A stretch of 64,000 bases of DNA from Gaiellaceae bacterium (GTDB lineage: Bacteria; Actinomycetota; Thermoleophilia; Gaiellales; Gaiellaceae), in the NCBI GenBank assembly GCA_035518115.1, contig DATIXY010000084.1, forward strand, positions 1,865 through 65,864. The letters run 5' to 3'. The translations under genes and the position numbers were made by a program. Each line of letters begins with the position of its first letter. Within the stretch, counting starts at the first letter, position 1. Of this stretch, positions 8,733 to 17,452 are shown piece by piece. The notes beneath the pieces were generated by a model that did no database searches, was not told the DNA's origin, and saw only the letters and a list, made by a program, of their open reading frames with translations.

Positions 8733-10025
8733 CTAGTTGAGCTTGTACTTCTTCTCCCAGGCCCGGGTCTGGGTCAGCTGCTTGTCGACCGGGTAGATCT
8801 GGGTGCACCCGGTCCGGACGACGACCTGACCCGCCTTGTAGTCGACCGTGATGTCCGTGTTGTTCGGGATGTGGTAGGGCAGCGCGTTCCCGACGTACCA
8901 CGGCTTGCAGAGCATGTCGGTCTTGATGTCCTTGAGACCGCGGACGGCAAGGTTGTACGACTTCGCGGTGACCGCGCCCTTGATGTTCATCAGCGCGATG
9001 GTCGCGAACTTCGCGTCCATGTACCCCATCTGCGCGAACGCCTGCGGGGCGATGCTCGGTGCGTACTTCTTCAGGATCTGGAACATCAGCGCCGAGTCGG
9101 GCCCGACGCTCGGGTCGACGTTGCTGAACTCCTGGTTGATCCACAGGTTCCCGTCGAACTGCGGGAACTGCTGCGCCATCAGCGTGTTCGCGATCGGGGT
9201 CGACGAGCCCCACTTCACCTTGGACTCGATGCCCAGGCTGACCGCCGCCTTCATGAAGGCGGGTGCCGTGTCCGGGGTGAAGTCGAGGATGATCCCGCCT
9301 CCGTTCCCGGCGAACTGGTACATCGAGAGGAGCTGCGAGGTCGCGTCGGTCACGGGCAGGTGCGTCGGGAAGATCTTGACCGCGATCCCCTTCTGCTGGC
9401 CGTAGTCCGCCACGCCGCTGTCGGCGTACGCCGAGATGGTGTCGGGCGAGGCGATGGCGATCTTCTTCACACCCGCCGCCGCCAGCGCCTGCGCCGCGCC
9501 GATGTTGCTGTAGCGCGGGCCCATGTTCGTCTCGACGAACGACGGGGTGCTGTAGCACTCCGCCTGCACGCCGGCGCCGATCACGATGTAGCCCTTGCTC
9601 TTGTAGTACTTCCAGTTCGTGCCGCACTCGGCGAAGCTCGTGTTGCCCACGATGCCGACGGCCTTGTCGCTCTGGATCATCTTCCGCGCGAGCGCCGCCT
9701 CCTGAGCCGGGTTGAGCTGCTCGTTGTACAGCGTGTACTTCACCGGCCGGCCGTTGATCCCGCCGTTGTCGTTGACGCACGCAAAGTACGCCGCGGCCGT
9801 CTTGCCGACGGTCGTGAAGTCGACGCCCGGGATCAGCATGTCGAGGCCGTCGATCTTGATCGGGGCACCCGTCGCCTTCTTCCCGTTGCCGAGACCGCAC
9901 TTCGCCACACCTGCCGACCCCGTGCCGACCTTGGCGGTCGAGCTGGCCGCACCGGTGGCGAGCACCGCCGCGGCGATCAACGCCACGGGGAATGCGATCA
10001 CCACTACTGCTTTCCGAACCGTCAT
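8733..10025 (-). CDS. ABC transporter substrate-binding protein (Leu/Ile/Val-binding, Peripla_BP_6-like)
   Basis: Internal ATG at 10025 gives MTVRKAVVVIAFPVALIAAAVLATGAASS (signal peptide) followed by a type-I periplasmic binding fold-like sequence. It sits first in the transporter gene block. Confidence 0.9.
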   Translation of the reverse strand: MTVRKAVVVIAFPVALIAAAVLATGAASSTAKVGTGSAGVAKCGLGNGKKATGAPIKIDGLDMLIPGVDFTTVGKTAAAYFACVNDNGGINGRPVKYTLYNEQLNPAQEAALARKMIQSDKAVGIVGNTSFAECGTNWKYYKSKGYIVIGAGVQAECYSTPSFVETNMGPRYSNIGAAQALAAAGVKKIAIASPDTISAYADSGVADYGQQKGIAVKIFPTHLPVTDATSQLLSMYQFAGNGGGIILDFTPDTAPAFMKAAVSLGIESKVKWGSSTPIANTLMAQQFPQFDGNLWINQEFSNVDPSVGPDSALMFQILKKYAPSIAPQAFAQMGYMDAKFATIALMNIKGAVTAKSYNLAVRGLKDIKTDMLCKPWYVGNALPYHIPNNTDITVDYKAGQVVVRTGCTQIYPVDKQLTQTRAWEKKYKLN

Positions 10026-10118
10026 CCGATCCGTCCTTTCTCGTGCTGGTGGGGGACTCCAGGGGGGTTGATCCAGGTGGTGCGGACGGCGTGGTGGAGG
10101 CCGGCTACGCATGGGTCG

Positions 10119-11780
10119 TCACGGCCCGAAGGCCTCCGTCGGCGCGACGACGACGTCGAGCAGCAGAGGCTCGGCACGCCGCGCAAGGGTCGGAACGATC
10201 TCGTCCAGCGCCCCGGTCAGCTCACCGAACGTCGTGATCCGCCGGGCGGGACAGCCGAAGCCGCGGGCAACCGTCGCCAGCTCGACTTCGGCGAAGGAGG
10301 GCCACGGCGGGGCTCCGCCGTGGTTCTCCGCGAGTCGGTCCATGATCGCGTAGCCGCCATTGGAGAGTACGACGAAAAGGACGCCGACCCGATAGTGGGC
10401 CGCGCTCCAGAGCCCCTGGATGCCGTAGACCGTCGAGCCGTCCCCGATCACCGCCACGACCGGCCGCTCGGGGAGCGCCAGGCGCATCCCGGTGGCGCCG
10501 GAGACGGCGAACCCGAGGCCGCCCATGGCGGCACTGAGGTAGCCGAACGGCTGACTCGCGGGCATCCGCTCCTGCAGCTCGGGCCGGTCGACCGGCGCCT
10601 CCTCGAGGACGACCGCGTCGGCCGGCAGCCGCTCGGCGAGCGCGGCCAGCACGTGGCTCGCCCGCAGCGGTTCCCCATCGGCAGGCGGTTCAGGCGCGTC
10701 GGGGGGCCGAAACGGCGACGGCGGTGAGGCGGCTCGCGCGGCGACGCGGGTCGCGAGAGCCGAGCACACCGACGCCGGCGATGCAAGCACCGCCAGCTCG
10801 GCCGGGCTGCGATACGCCTCTTCCGGGTCCTCGGTGACGAGCGCGATCCGCGTGCCCGGCATCGTCAGCCGCCCCGGAGCGTAGAAGGACTGCCGGAACG
10901 CCGGGCAGCCGACGACCAGCAGCGCGTCGTAGGGGGCGAGCCGCTCGCGCAGGCCCGGCCGGCCGGCCGGCAGGAGCCCTGCGAACAGCGCGTGGTCGTG
11001 CGGGAACCCGGCCCGGGCGCCGAACGCCTCCTGGTACACGGGCGCCGACAGGCGCTCGGCGAGCGCGACGAGAGCGGCGCGCGCCGCGGCATCGTCGGAG
11101 CCGGCGCCGACGACGAGCGCCGGCGAACGGGCGCCGTCGAGGAACGCGGCCAGCGAGTCGACGACCTCGGGCGCGACCGCGACCGCGCGGACGATGTCGC
11201 CCTGCGCCGCCGCGGGCTCGCGCTCGTCGTCCGGCGCCGCCTCCCAGTCGTTCATCGGGACGATCACGAGCGCCGGGCCGCGTTCCGTCGCCGCAGCGTG
11301 GAACGCGCGCTCGACAGCGGCGGGCACGTCCTGCGCCCTGACCGGCTGCTCGACCCGGACGGGATAATCGCCCGCGAGCCCGGCGAGGCGGCCCGTGAGG
11401 AACGGCTCGTAGGCGATGTGCCGACGGTCCTGCTGGCCGACGAGGATGACGACCGGTGCGCGGTTGACCCGCGCAGTCGCGATCGCCGAGACGCCGTTGC
11501 CGAGCCCGGCGGTCGTGTGCAGCAGCGCCAGCGACGGCGCGCCGCGGCCGAGCGCGTACCCGGTGGCGAGGCCGACGACGGAGCCCTCGTGCAGCGCGAG
11601 CACGAAGTCGAAGTCGCCGGGCAGGTCGGTCAGGAACGGAACCTCGGTCGAGCCGGGGTTCGCGAACAGCCTCGTCAGCCCGCGCCGGCGGAAGACGTCG
11701 AAGGTTGCGTCGCGGACGGTGCGGCCCTGCGCCGGCGGCGAGGGCGCGTTCTCGGGCACGGATGTCGCCTGGGTGCTCAA
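10119..11780 (-). CDS. mdlC: thiamine-diphosphate enzyme, benzoylformate decarboxylase-like
   Basis: TVRDATFDVFRRRGLTRLFANPGSTEVPFLTDLPGDFDFVLALHEGSVVGLATGYA...LLHTTAGLGNG closely parallels the N-terminus of Pseudomonas putida MdlC as I recall it. A GDG...N TPP motif region is present (VIGDGSTVYGIQGLWSAA...VVLSNGGY). The TTG start at 11780 overlaps the pcaG stop (TTGA); an alternative GTG lies at 11759. Confidence 0.85.
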   Translation of the reverse strand: MSTQATSVPENAPSPPAQGRTVRDATFDVFRRRGLTRLFANPGSTEVPFLTDLPGDFDFVLALHEGSVVGLATGYALGRGAPSLALLHTTAGLGNGVSAIATARVNRAPVVILVGQQDRRHIAYEPFLTGRLAGLAGDYPVRVEQPVRAQDVPAAVERAFHAAATERGPALVIVPMNDWEAAPDDEREPAAAQGDIVRAVAVAPEVVDSLAAFLDGARSPALVVGAGSDDAAARAALVALAERLSAPVYQEAFGARAGFPHDHALFAGLLPAGRPGLRERLAPYDALLVVGCPAFRQSFYAPGRLTMPGTRIALVTEDPEEAYRSPAELAVLASPASVCSALATRVAARAASPPSPFRPPDAPEPPADGEPLRASHVLAALAERLPADAVVLEEAPVDRPELQERMPASQPFGYLSAAMGGLGFAVSGATGMRLALPERPVVAVIGDGSTVYGIQGLWSAAHYRVGVLFVVLSNGGYAIMDRLAENHGGAPPWPSFAEVELATVARGFGCPARRITTFGELTGALDEIVPTLARRAEPLLLDVVVAPTEAFGP

Positions 11781-12220
11781 TGCGCGAAGAAAACCGTCGC
11801 GTTGTCGCCCTGCATGTGGATGTCGAAGTGCAGGCCTTCGCCCTCGCGCTGCGCGACGAGCGTGGCGCGCTGCGCGGGATCCAGTCCGGCGAGGACCTCG
11901 TCGCCGGCGGAGGCGTCGAGGTAGATCCGCGTCCACTGGTGGCGGAGCAGCCCGCGCGCGAAGACGTACACCTCGAGGTGGCGGGCGCCGGCAGGGACGC
12001 GGAGCGCGAACCGGCCGTCGGCATCCGTGCCCGAGCGGCCCCACCGGCCGCCGGCGGGGTCCAGGGCCTCGACGAGGCCGTCCGGGATCGGGTCGCCCCG
12101 CCCGTCGTAGAGCGTGCCCTCGAGCGGGATCCCGTCGGCCGCGAGCTCGTTCTGCACGCCGCGGTCGCGGACCAGGCCGATCGTGTAGAAGGGGCCGACC
12201 GTCTGCGAGGGCGTCTTCAC
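11777..12220 (-). CDS. pcaG: protocatechuate 3,4-dioxygenase alpha subunit (short form)
   Basis: The GTG at 12220 (GTGA overlap with the pcaH stop) gives VKTPSQTVGPFYTIGL...GTLYDGRGDPIPDGLVE...DGRF...ARGLL, the intradiol dioxygenase alpha-chain pattern. It is only 147 aa. Confidence 0.8.
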   Translation of the reverse strand: MKTPSQTVGPFYTIGLVRDRGVQNELAADGIPLEGTLYDGRGDPIPDGLVEALDPAGGRWGRSGTDADGRFALRVPAGARHLEVYVFARGLLRHQWTRIYLDASAGDEVLAGLDPAQRATLVAQREGEGLHFDIHMQGDNATVFFAH

Positions 12221-12951
12221 GCGTCCTCCTCGATCGGCGTCGTGTCGCTGCCGCCCCGGCCGAGCACGATGTCCCACTCGAAGCCGAGCGCCCAGTCGGG
12301 CACGGTCTCGGACAGATCGAAGCGCGAGACGAGCAGCGCACGCGACTTCGGGTCGCGGACCGAGTTGAAGATCGGGTCGTACGGGAACAGCGGGTCGCCC
12401 GGGAAGTACATCTGCGTCACCAGCCGCTGCGTGAACAGCCGCCCGAACAGCGAGAAGTGGATGTGCGCGGGCCGCCACGCGTTCTCGTGGTTGCCCCACG
12501 GGTAGGCGCCGGGCTTGATCGTGACGAACTCGTAGCGGCCGTCGTCGTCGGTCAGGCAGCGGCCGGCGCCCGAGAAGTTCGGATCGAGCGGCGCCGGGTG
12601 CTGGTCGACGTCGTGGCGGTAGCGGCCGCACGCATTCGCCTGCCAGATCTCGACCAGCGTCCCGCGCAGCGGCCGGCCGGCCGTGTCGCGCACCCGACCG
12701 TGCACGATGATCCGCTCGCCGATCGGCTCGCCGTCGTGCTGCCGCGTCAGATCGGCGTCCGACGCCTGCACGGCGTCCTCGCCGAACACGGGGCCGGCGA
12801 GCGAGTGCAGCTCTTCGGGGAGCGTGACGAGCGGCCGGTCGGGCGCCCGCCAGCGCGTCGAGCGGTAGCCGGGGTAGTCGACCTGCACCTCCGGCCCGAA
12901 GCTCGGGTCGTCGGGGAGGACGATGTCGCTCGGCCTGTCGGTCGCCGTCAT
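12217..12951 (-). CDS. pcaH: protocatechuate 3,4-dioxygenase beta subunit
   Basis: The ATG at 12951 gives MTATDRPSD...GERIIVHGRVRDTAGRPLRGTLVEIWQANACGRYRH...YPWGNHENAWRPAHIHFSLFG, a classic PcaH active-site region. Confidence 0.9.
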   Translation of the reverse strand: MTATDRPSDIVLPDDPSFGPEVQVDYPGYRSTRWRAPDRPLVTLPEELHSLAGPVFGEDAVQASDADLTRQHDGEPIGERIIVHGRVRDTAGRPLRGTLVEIWQANACGRYRHDVDQHPAPLDPNFSGAGRCLTDDDGRYEFVTIKPGAYPWGNHENAWRPAHIHFSLFGRLFTQRLVTQMYFPGDPLFPYDPIFNSVRDPKSRALLVSRFDLSETVPDWALGFEWDIVLGRGGSDTTPIEEDA

Positions 12952-13718
12952 GCGCTCACCCCCGCGAGCACGTGCTCGCTCATCCATTCGAGAAAGACGT
13001 CGCGGTCGCGGCTGATCGCGTCCCACGCGACGTAGAAGTCGTTGTCCCGCTCGTAGTAGCCGTGCGCGTACGAGGGCCGCGCGCCGCCGGGGACGCACGC
13101 GACGGCATCGATCACCCACGCGGGAAGGACGACCGCGCCGGGCTGCGGCTCGAGCTCGTCGACGATCTCCTCGACCGTCACGATCGAGCGCGCCGAGGCG
13201 AGCACCACTTCCTTCTGCACGCCGGTGATCCCCCAGAGCTGCACGTTCCCGTGCCGGTCGGCCTGCTGGGCGTGGACGATCCCGACGTCGGGGCGGTGCG
13301 CCGGCACGGCGGCCAGCTGCTCGCCCGTGAACGGGCACGTGATCGAGGCGACGCGAGTGTGCGCCGGCAGGTCGGTCCCCTGATAGCCGCGGAGGACCCC
13401 GAACGGAAGGTTGGCGGCGCCCGCGGCATAGGCAGCGGCCATGCCGGCGTGCGAGTGCTCCTCGAGCTCGAGCGGCTGCGGCCAGCCGTGCTCGACGGCG
13501 TCGCGCAGCCGATGCAGCGACCCGACACCGGGGTTGCCGCCCCACGAGAAGACGAGCTTCCTCGCACAGCCCATCCCGATCAGCTGGTCGTAGACGACGT
13601 CGGGCGTCATCCGCACGAGCGTCAGGTCACGGCGCCCCTGGCGAATCAACTCCTGGCCTGCCGCATTCGGGATGAGGTGTGTGAAGCCCTCGAGCGCGAC
13701 CACGTCTCCGTCGCGCAC
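12948..13718 (-). CDS. CoA-transferase subunit A (glutaconate/3-oxoadipate CoA-transferase alpha-like); no beta subunit adjacent
   Basis: DGDVVALEGFTHLIPNAAGQELIRQGRRDLTLV...GGNPGVGSLHRLRDAVE...LELEEHSHAGMAAAY is the alpha-subunit pattern. The track start is GTG at 13718. The frame stays open upstream (..RKLAIVALSEAVAEL..) with GAGGAGG at about 13770-13776 and an in-frame CTG at 13757, which may be the true start. Confidence 0.85.
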   Translation of the reverse strand: MRDGDVVALEGFTHLIPNAAGQELIRQGRRDLTLVRMTPDVVYDQLIGMGCARKLVFSWGGNPGVGSLHRLRDAVEHGWPQPLELEEHSHAGMAAAYAAGAANLPFGVLRGYQGTDLPAHTRVASITCPFTGEQLAAVPAHRPDVGIVHAQQADRHGNVQLWGITGVQKEVVLASARSIVTVEEIVDELEPQPGAVVLPAWVIDAVACVPGGARPSYAHGYYERDNDFYVAWDAISRDRDVFLEWMSEHVLAGVSA

Positions 13719-13811
13719 GAGCTCGGCGACGGCTTCACTCAGCGCGACAATCGCCAGTTTCCGGACACCCTCCTCACTGGGTCTGGACCGCTCGGCAGCC
13801 TGATGGCTGCG

Positions 13812-13841
13812 ACGCTAGGCGATTCGCGGTTCTGCTGTCAA
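13812..13841 (-). promoter_or_regulatory. putative sigma-70-type internal promoter for the CoA-transferase/pcaHG/mdlC block
   Basis: The minus strand reads TTGACA (13841-13836), then an 18-nt spacer, then TAGCGT (13817-12). This is a TTGACA/TANNNT pair upstream of the SD GAGGAGG. Confidence 0.4.
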
Positions 13842-13848
13842 GAATGGC

Positions 13849-13865
13849 GTTCCGAATATCGGAAC
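13849..13865. promoter_or_regulatory. perfect 17-bp palindrome, candidate operator (or weak hairpin)
   Basis: GTTCCGA-ATA-TCGGAAC has 7-bp exact inverted arms. It lies 1 nt after the amidohydrolase stop and 7 nt upstream of the putative -35. Confidence 0.4.
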
Positions 13866-13866
13866 A

Positions 13867-14736
13867 CTAGAGACCGAGCAGACGGACCGCGTTCTCCTTC
13901 ACAATCAGCGGCCGGACCTCGTCGCGGAACGGCGCCTCGGCGAAGTCGGCCAGCCAGCGGTCGGGCGTGATCAGCGGGAAGTCGGAGCCGAAGAGGACCT
14001 TCTCGCGCAGCTGGGTGTTCGCGTACTGCACGAGCTGGGGCGGGAAGTACTTCGGCGACCACCCCGAGAGGTCGATCCAGACGTTCGCCTTGTGCAGGCA
14101 GACCGAGATCGCCTCGTCCTGCCACGGGAACGACGGATGGGCGAGCACGATCTGAAGCTCGGGCAGGTCGGCGGCGACGTCGTCGAGGCAGAGCGGGTTC
14201 GAGTACTTGAGGCGCAGACCACCGCCCCCGGGGAGGCCGGTGCCGATCCCGCTGTGGCCCGAGTGGAAGAGCGCGGGCAGGCCGGCCGCGGCGATCACCT
14301 CGTACAGCGGATACGCCGCGGCGTCGTTCGGGAAGAACTGCTGCAGGTTCGGGTGGAACTTGAACCCGCGGACGCCGTGCTCGTCGATCAGCCGCTGCGC
14401 GCGCTCGGCGGCGTCGTGCCGCGCCGGGTCGACGCTCGCGAACGGGATCAGCACGTCGGCGTTCTCGCGCGCCCCGGCCGCGATCTCCTCGTTCGGGATC
14501 GGTGCGCGCCCGCTCTCCAGCTCCCAGTCGACCGTGAAGACGACGGCCGCGAGCCCGCGCTCCCGGTAGTAGGCGGCGACGTCGTCGATCGTCGGCAGCG
14601 CGTCGCCGGTGAACGCGTTCCCGAAGTAGCGGGCCGCCGCCTCGCGCAGCTCGGGCGGCATCGGGTCGTGCCCCGACCGCGACCGCTCCGTGTGCACGTG
14701 CACGTCGATCGCGGTGATGCGCGAGACGTCGATCAC
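13867..14736 (-). CDS. amidohydrolase-2 family protein (LigI/LigJ/decarboxylase-like metal-dependent hydrolase)
   Basis: 289 aa. The ITAIDVHVHT N-terminal HxH motif, GFKFHPNLQ, ALFHSGH, IVLAHPSFPW and FGSDFP match the PF04909-type TIM-barrel pattern. Confidence 0.85.
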   Translation of the reverse strand: MIDVSRITAIDVHVHTERSRSGHDPMPPELREAAARYFGNAFTGDALPTIDDVAAYYRERGLAAVVFTVDWELESGRAPIPNEEIAAGARENADVLIPFASVDPARHDAAERAQRLIDEHGVRGFKFHPNLQQFFPNDAAAYPLYEVIAAAGLPALFHSGHSGIGTGLPGGGGLRLKYSNPLCLDDVAADLPELQIVLAHPSFPWQDEAISVCLHKANVWIDLSGWSPKYFPPQLVQYANTQLREKVLFGSDFPLITPDRWLADFAEAPFRDEVRPLIVKENAVRLLGL

Positions 14737-14859
14737 GCGCTCGCGATTCGACTATGCGGGACGGCTGACCGGTGATTCGACACGTGACAGGCCCGTGGGG
14801 TTATATACGCGAAGCGCCACGAACGCGATTGACGCGCCCCTTTTCGAAAGGAGACTGAG

Positions 14860-16338
14860 GTGACGAGCGTCGAGTCCGAGGTTCGCGAGTACCAGCAGTT
14901 CATCGGCGGCGAGTGGACGGCCGCGGACGGCGGCGGAACCTTCGAGGACCGCGACCCGTTCACGGGCGACGTCGTCGCGCACGTCCCGGCCGGAACGCGC
15001 AGCGACGCGGAGCGCGCGATCGCGAGCGCGGCGGCGGCGTTCCCCGCGTGGTCCCAGAGCATCCCCGCCGAGCGGCAGCGCATCTTCCTGAAGGCGGCGG
15101 ACCTCCTCGAGTCGCGGCTCGAGGAGGTCGTCGGCCTGCTCGCGCGCGAGACCGGGGCGACTTTCGGATTCGGGATGTTCCAGATGGGCTTCGTCCCCGG
15201 CCTTTTGCGCCAGACGGCGGCGGCCGCCTACGCGCCGATGGGGCAGATCATCCCGTCCGACCATCCCGGCACGCTCGCGATGGGCATTCGCAAGCCGGTC
15301 GGCGTCGTCGCGGCGATCGCTCCGTGGAATGCAGCGCTCATCCTCTCCGCGCGCTCGATCGCGGCGCCGCTCGCCCTCGGCAACACGGTCGTGCTGAAGC
15401 CGTCCGAGCTCTCGCCCGTGGTCGGAGGCCTGATCTGGGGCGAGATCTTCGCCGAGGCCGGCCTGCCGGCGGGTGTCCTCAACATCGTCACGCACGCTCC
15501 CGGCGAAGCGGCGCCGATCGGCGACGAGCTCGTCGAGAACCCGGCGGTGCGGAGGATCAACTTCACCGGATCGACGGCGACGGGACGACGGCTCGCAGAG
15601 GCGGCCGGGCGCAACCTGAAGCGCGTGGTGCTCGAGCTCGGCGGCTACAACCCGCTGCTCGTCCTCGCCGACGCCGACCTCGACTACGCCGTCAACGCTG
15701 CGGCGTTCGGCGCCTTCCTGCATCAGGGGCAGATCTGCATGTCGGCGCGGCGGATCATCGTCGAGCGGCCGATCGCAGACGAGTTCACCTCGCGGCTCGC
15801 CGAGAAGGCGAAGACGCTCAAGGCGGGCGACCCCAGGGAGCACGACACGATCATCGGCCCGCTCATCAACGAGGCGGCCCTCAGCCTCGTCAGCGAGCGC
15901 GTCGACGACGCCGTGGCCAAGGGCGCGAAGGTCCTCGCCGGCGGCGAGGCCGCCGGGCCGTGCTACCGCGCGACGGTGATCACCGACGTCCCCGAGAGCT
16001 CGGACTTCGCGAAGTTCGAGACGTTCGGGCCGGTCGTCGCGGTCGACGTCGTCGACTCGGCCGAGGAGGCGATCGCACGGGCGAACGCGACCGAGTACGG
16101 GCTCAGCTCGGGGATCCTCACCTCGGACACCGACCGTGGCTTCGCGCTGGCGCAGCTGCTCGAGTCGGGGATCGTCCACGTCAACGACCAGCCGGTCGGC
16201 GACGAGCCGCAGATGCCGTTCGGCGGGGTCAAGGACTCCGGCTGGGGCCGCTTCGGCGGCCAGGCCGTGATCGACGAGTTCACCGAGCTGCGCTGGATCA
16301 CCGTGCAGGGAGGGAGCGGGCACCCCTTCCCGTTCTGA
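14860..16338 (+). CDS. NAD(P)-dependent aldehyde dehydrogenase (aromatic aldehyde DH-like)
   Basis: 492 aa. GTG start preceded by AAAGGAGAC. Contains YQQFIGGEW, the ELGG catalytic Glu region (VLELGGYNP), the catalytic Cys motif QGQICMSARR and PFGGVKDSGWGRFGG. Confidence 0.9.
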   Translation: MTSVESEVREYQQFIGGEWTAADGGGTFEDRDPFTGDVVAHVPAGTRSDAERAIASAAAAFPAWSQSIPAERQRIFLKAADLLESRLEEVVGLLARETGATFGFGMFQMGFVPGLLRQTAAAAYAPMGQIIPSDHPGTLAMGIRKPVGVVAAIAPWNAALILSARSIAAPLALGNTVVLKPSELSPVVGGLIWGEIFAEAGLPAGVLNIVTHAPGEAAPIGDELVENPAVRRINFTGSTATGRRLAEAAGRNLKRVVLELGGYNPLLVLADADLDYAVNAAAFGAFLHQGQICMSARRIIVERPIADEFTSRLAEKAKTLKAGDPREHDTIIGPLINEAALSLVSERVDDAVAKGAKVLAGGEAAGPCYRATVITDVPESSDFAKFETFGPVVAVDVVDSAEEAIARANATEYGLSSGILTSDTDRGFALAQLLESGIVHVNDQPVGDEPQMPFGGVKDSGWGRFGGQAVIDEFTELRWITVQGGSGHPFPF

Positions 16339-16347
16339 GCAGCACCG

Positions 16348-17388
16348 TCAGCCGTCGAGCCTGACGACCGCCTTCATCACCTCGGCGGGGTGGTGCATGG
16401 CGTAGTCGATCGCGCGCGGTGCCTCGTCGAGCGCGAACTGGTGCGTGACGAGGCCCGCGGCGACGGCGCGGCGGCGGGCGACCAGGTCGACCGCGGCGCC
16501 GAAGTCCGCGGCGCGGCAGCAGCTGACGCCGAGGACGTCGATCTCCTTGAGCGGGAGGTCGCCGACACGAATGGGCGCGCGCTCGCTCGACAGGCTCACC
16601 ACGACGACGCGCCCCGCCTGCGCGACCGCCTCGACGCCGGCCTGGACGAGCCCGGCGACGCCGGTCGCCTCGAAGACCACCTCGGGCCCGTCGCCGCCGG
16701 CCCACTCGCGCGCGACGTCGCGGACGCTCTCGCTCTCGAGGATCCGGTGCACGTCCGCGCCGGTGAGCGCCGCACGCTCGATGCGGCTCGGGACGGTGTC
16801 GAGGACGAGCACGGACGCTCCGCGGTCGGTGGCGGCCAGTGCGAGTGCCTGGCCGATCGGCCCGGCGCCGAGAACGACGACGTGCTCGCCCGCCGCGACG
16901 CTCCCACGCTCGATCGAGCGCATTGCGATCGAGACGGGCTCGATCAGCGCTGCCAGCTCCGGCTCCTGGTCGCCGACCGGGAAGACCTGTCCGGCCGGGA
17001 CGACGAGCCGCTCCTGCAGCGCGCCGTCCGTGTGCACGCCGATCAGGGAGATCGCCACGCATGCGTTCGGCCGCCCGATTCGGCAGGCGTAGCAGCGGCC
17101 GCAGGCCGAGACCGGCCACAGCGCCACGCGTTGGCCGGCGGCGAGGTCGGCCGGGCAGTCGGGCCCGACCTCGAGGATCGTGCCGGCGGCCTCGTGCCCC
17201 TGGACGCGCGGATACAGCACCGACGGGTCCTCGATCGTCCCGATGTCGCCGAGGAAGTAGTGGAAGTCCGAGCCGCAGAGGCCCACCGCCTCCGGCGCGA
17301 CGAGCACCTGCCCCGCGCCGGGCGCGCCGGGGTCGTCGACCGGGACGACCTCCATGACGCCGCGGCTCCGCGTCACTGCTGCGCGCAT
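16348..17388 (-). CDS. zinc-dependent alcohol/polyol dehydrogenase (MDR family)
   Basis: GLCGSDFHYF, GHEAAG and CGRCYACRIGRPNAC (structural zinc) with the GAGPIGQ Rossmann motif. I chose the ATG at 17388 (MRAAV...); the track start is the GTG at 17397. Confidence 0.85.
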   Translation of the reverse strand: MRAAVTRSRGVMEVVPVDDPGAPGAGQVLVAPEAVGLCGSDFHYFLGDIGTIEDPSVLYPRVQGHEAAGTILEVGPDCPADLAAGQRVALWPVSACGRCYACRIGRPNACVAISLIGVHTDGALQERLVVPAGQVFPVGDQEPELAALIEPVSIAMRSIERGSVAAGEHVVVLGAGPIGQALALAATDRGASVLVLDTVPSRIERAALTGADVHRILESESVRDVAREWAGGDGPEVVFEATGVAGLVQAGVEAVAQAGRVVVVSLSSERAPIRVGDLPLKEIDVLGVSCCRAADFGAAVDLVARRRAVAAGLVTHQFALDEAPRAIDYAMHHPAEVMKAVVRLDG

Positions 17389-17452
17389 CGTCGTCACGCC
17401 GCGATCGAATCAGCTCACCCGAAGCGGCGCAAGATCGTACGATTGCCGTCCT

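Noticed and set aside
8250-10727. 825-aa plus-strand ORF across the LivH-like, SBP and MdlC-like genes
   Set aside because: It is antisense to three well-supported genes and has a low-complexity R/D/H/G-rich translation.
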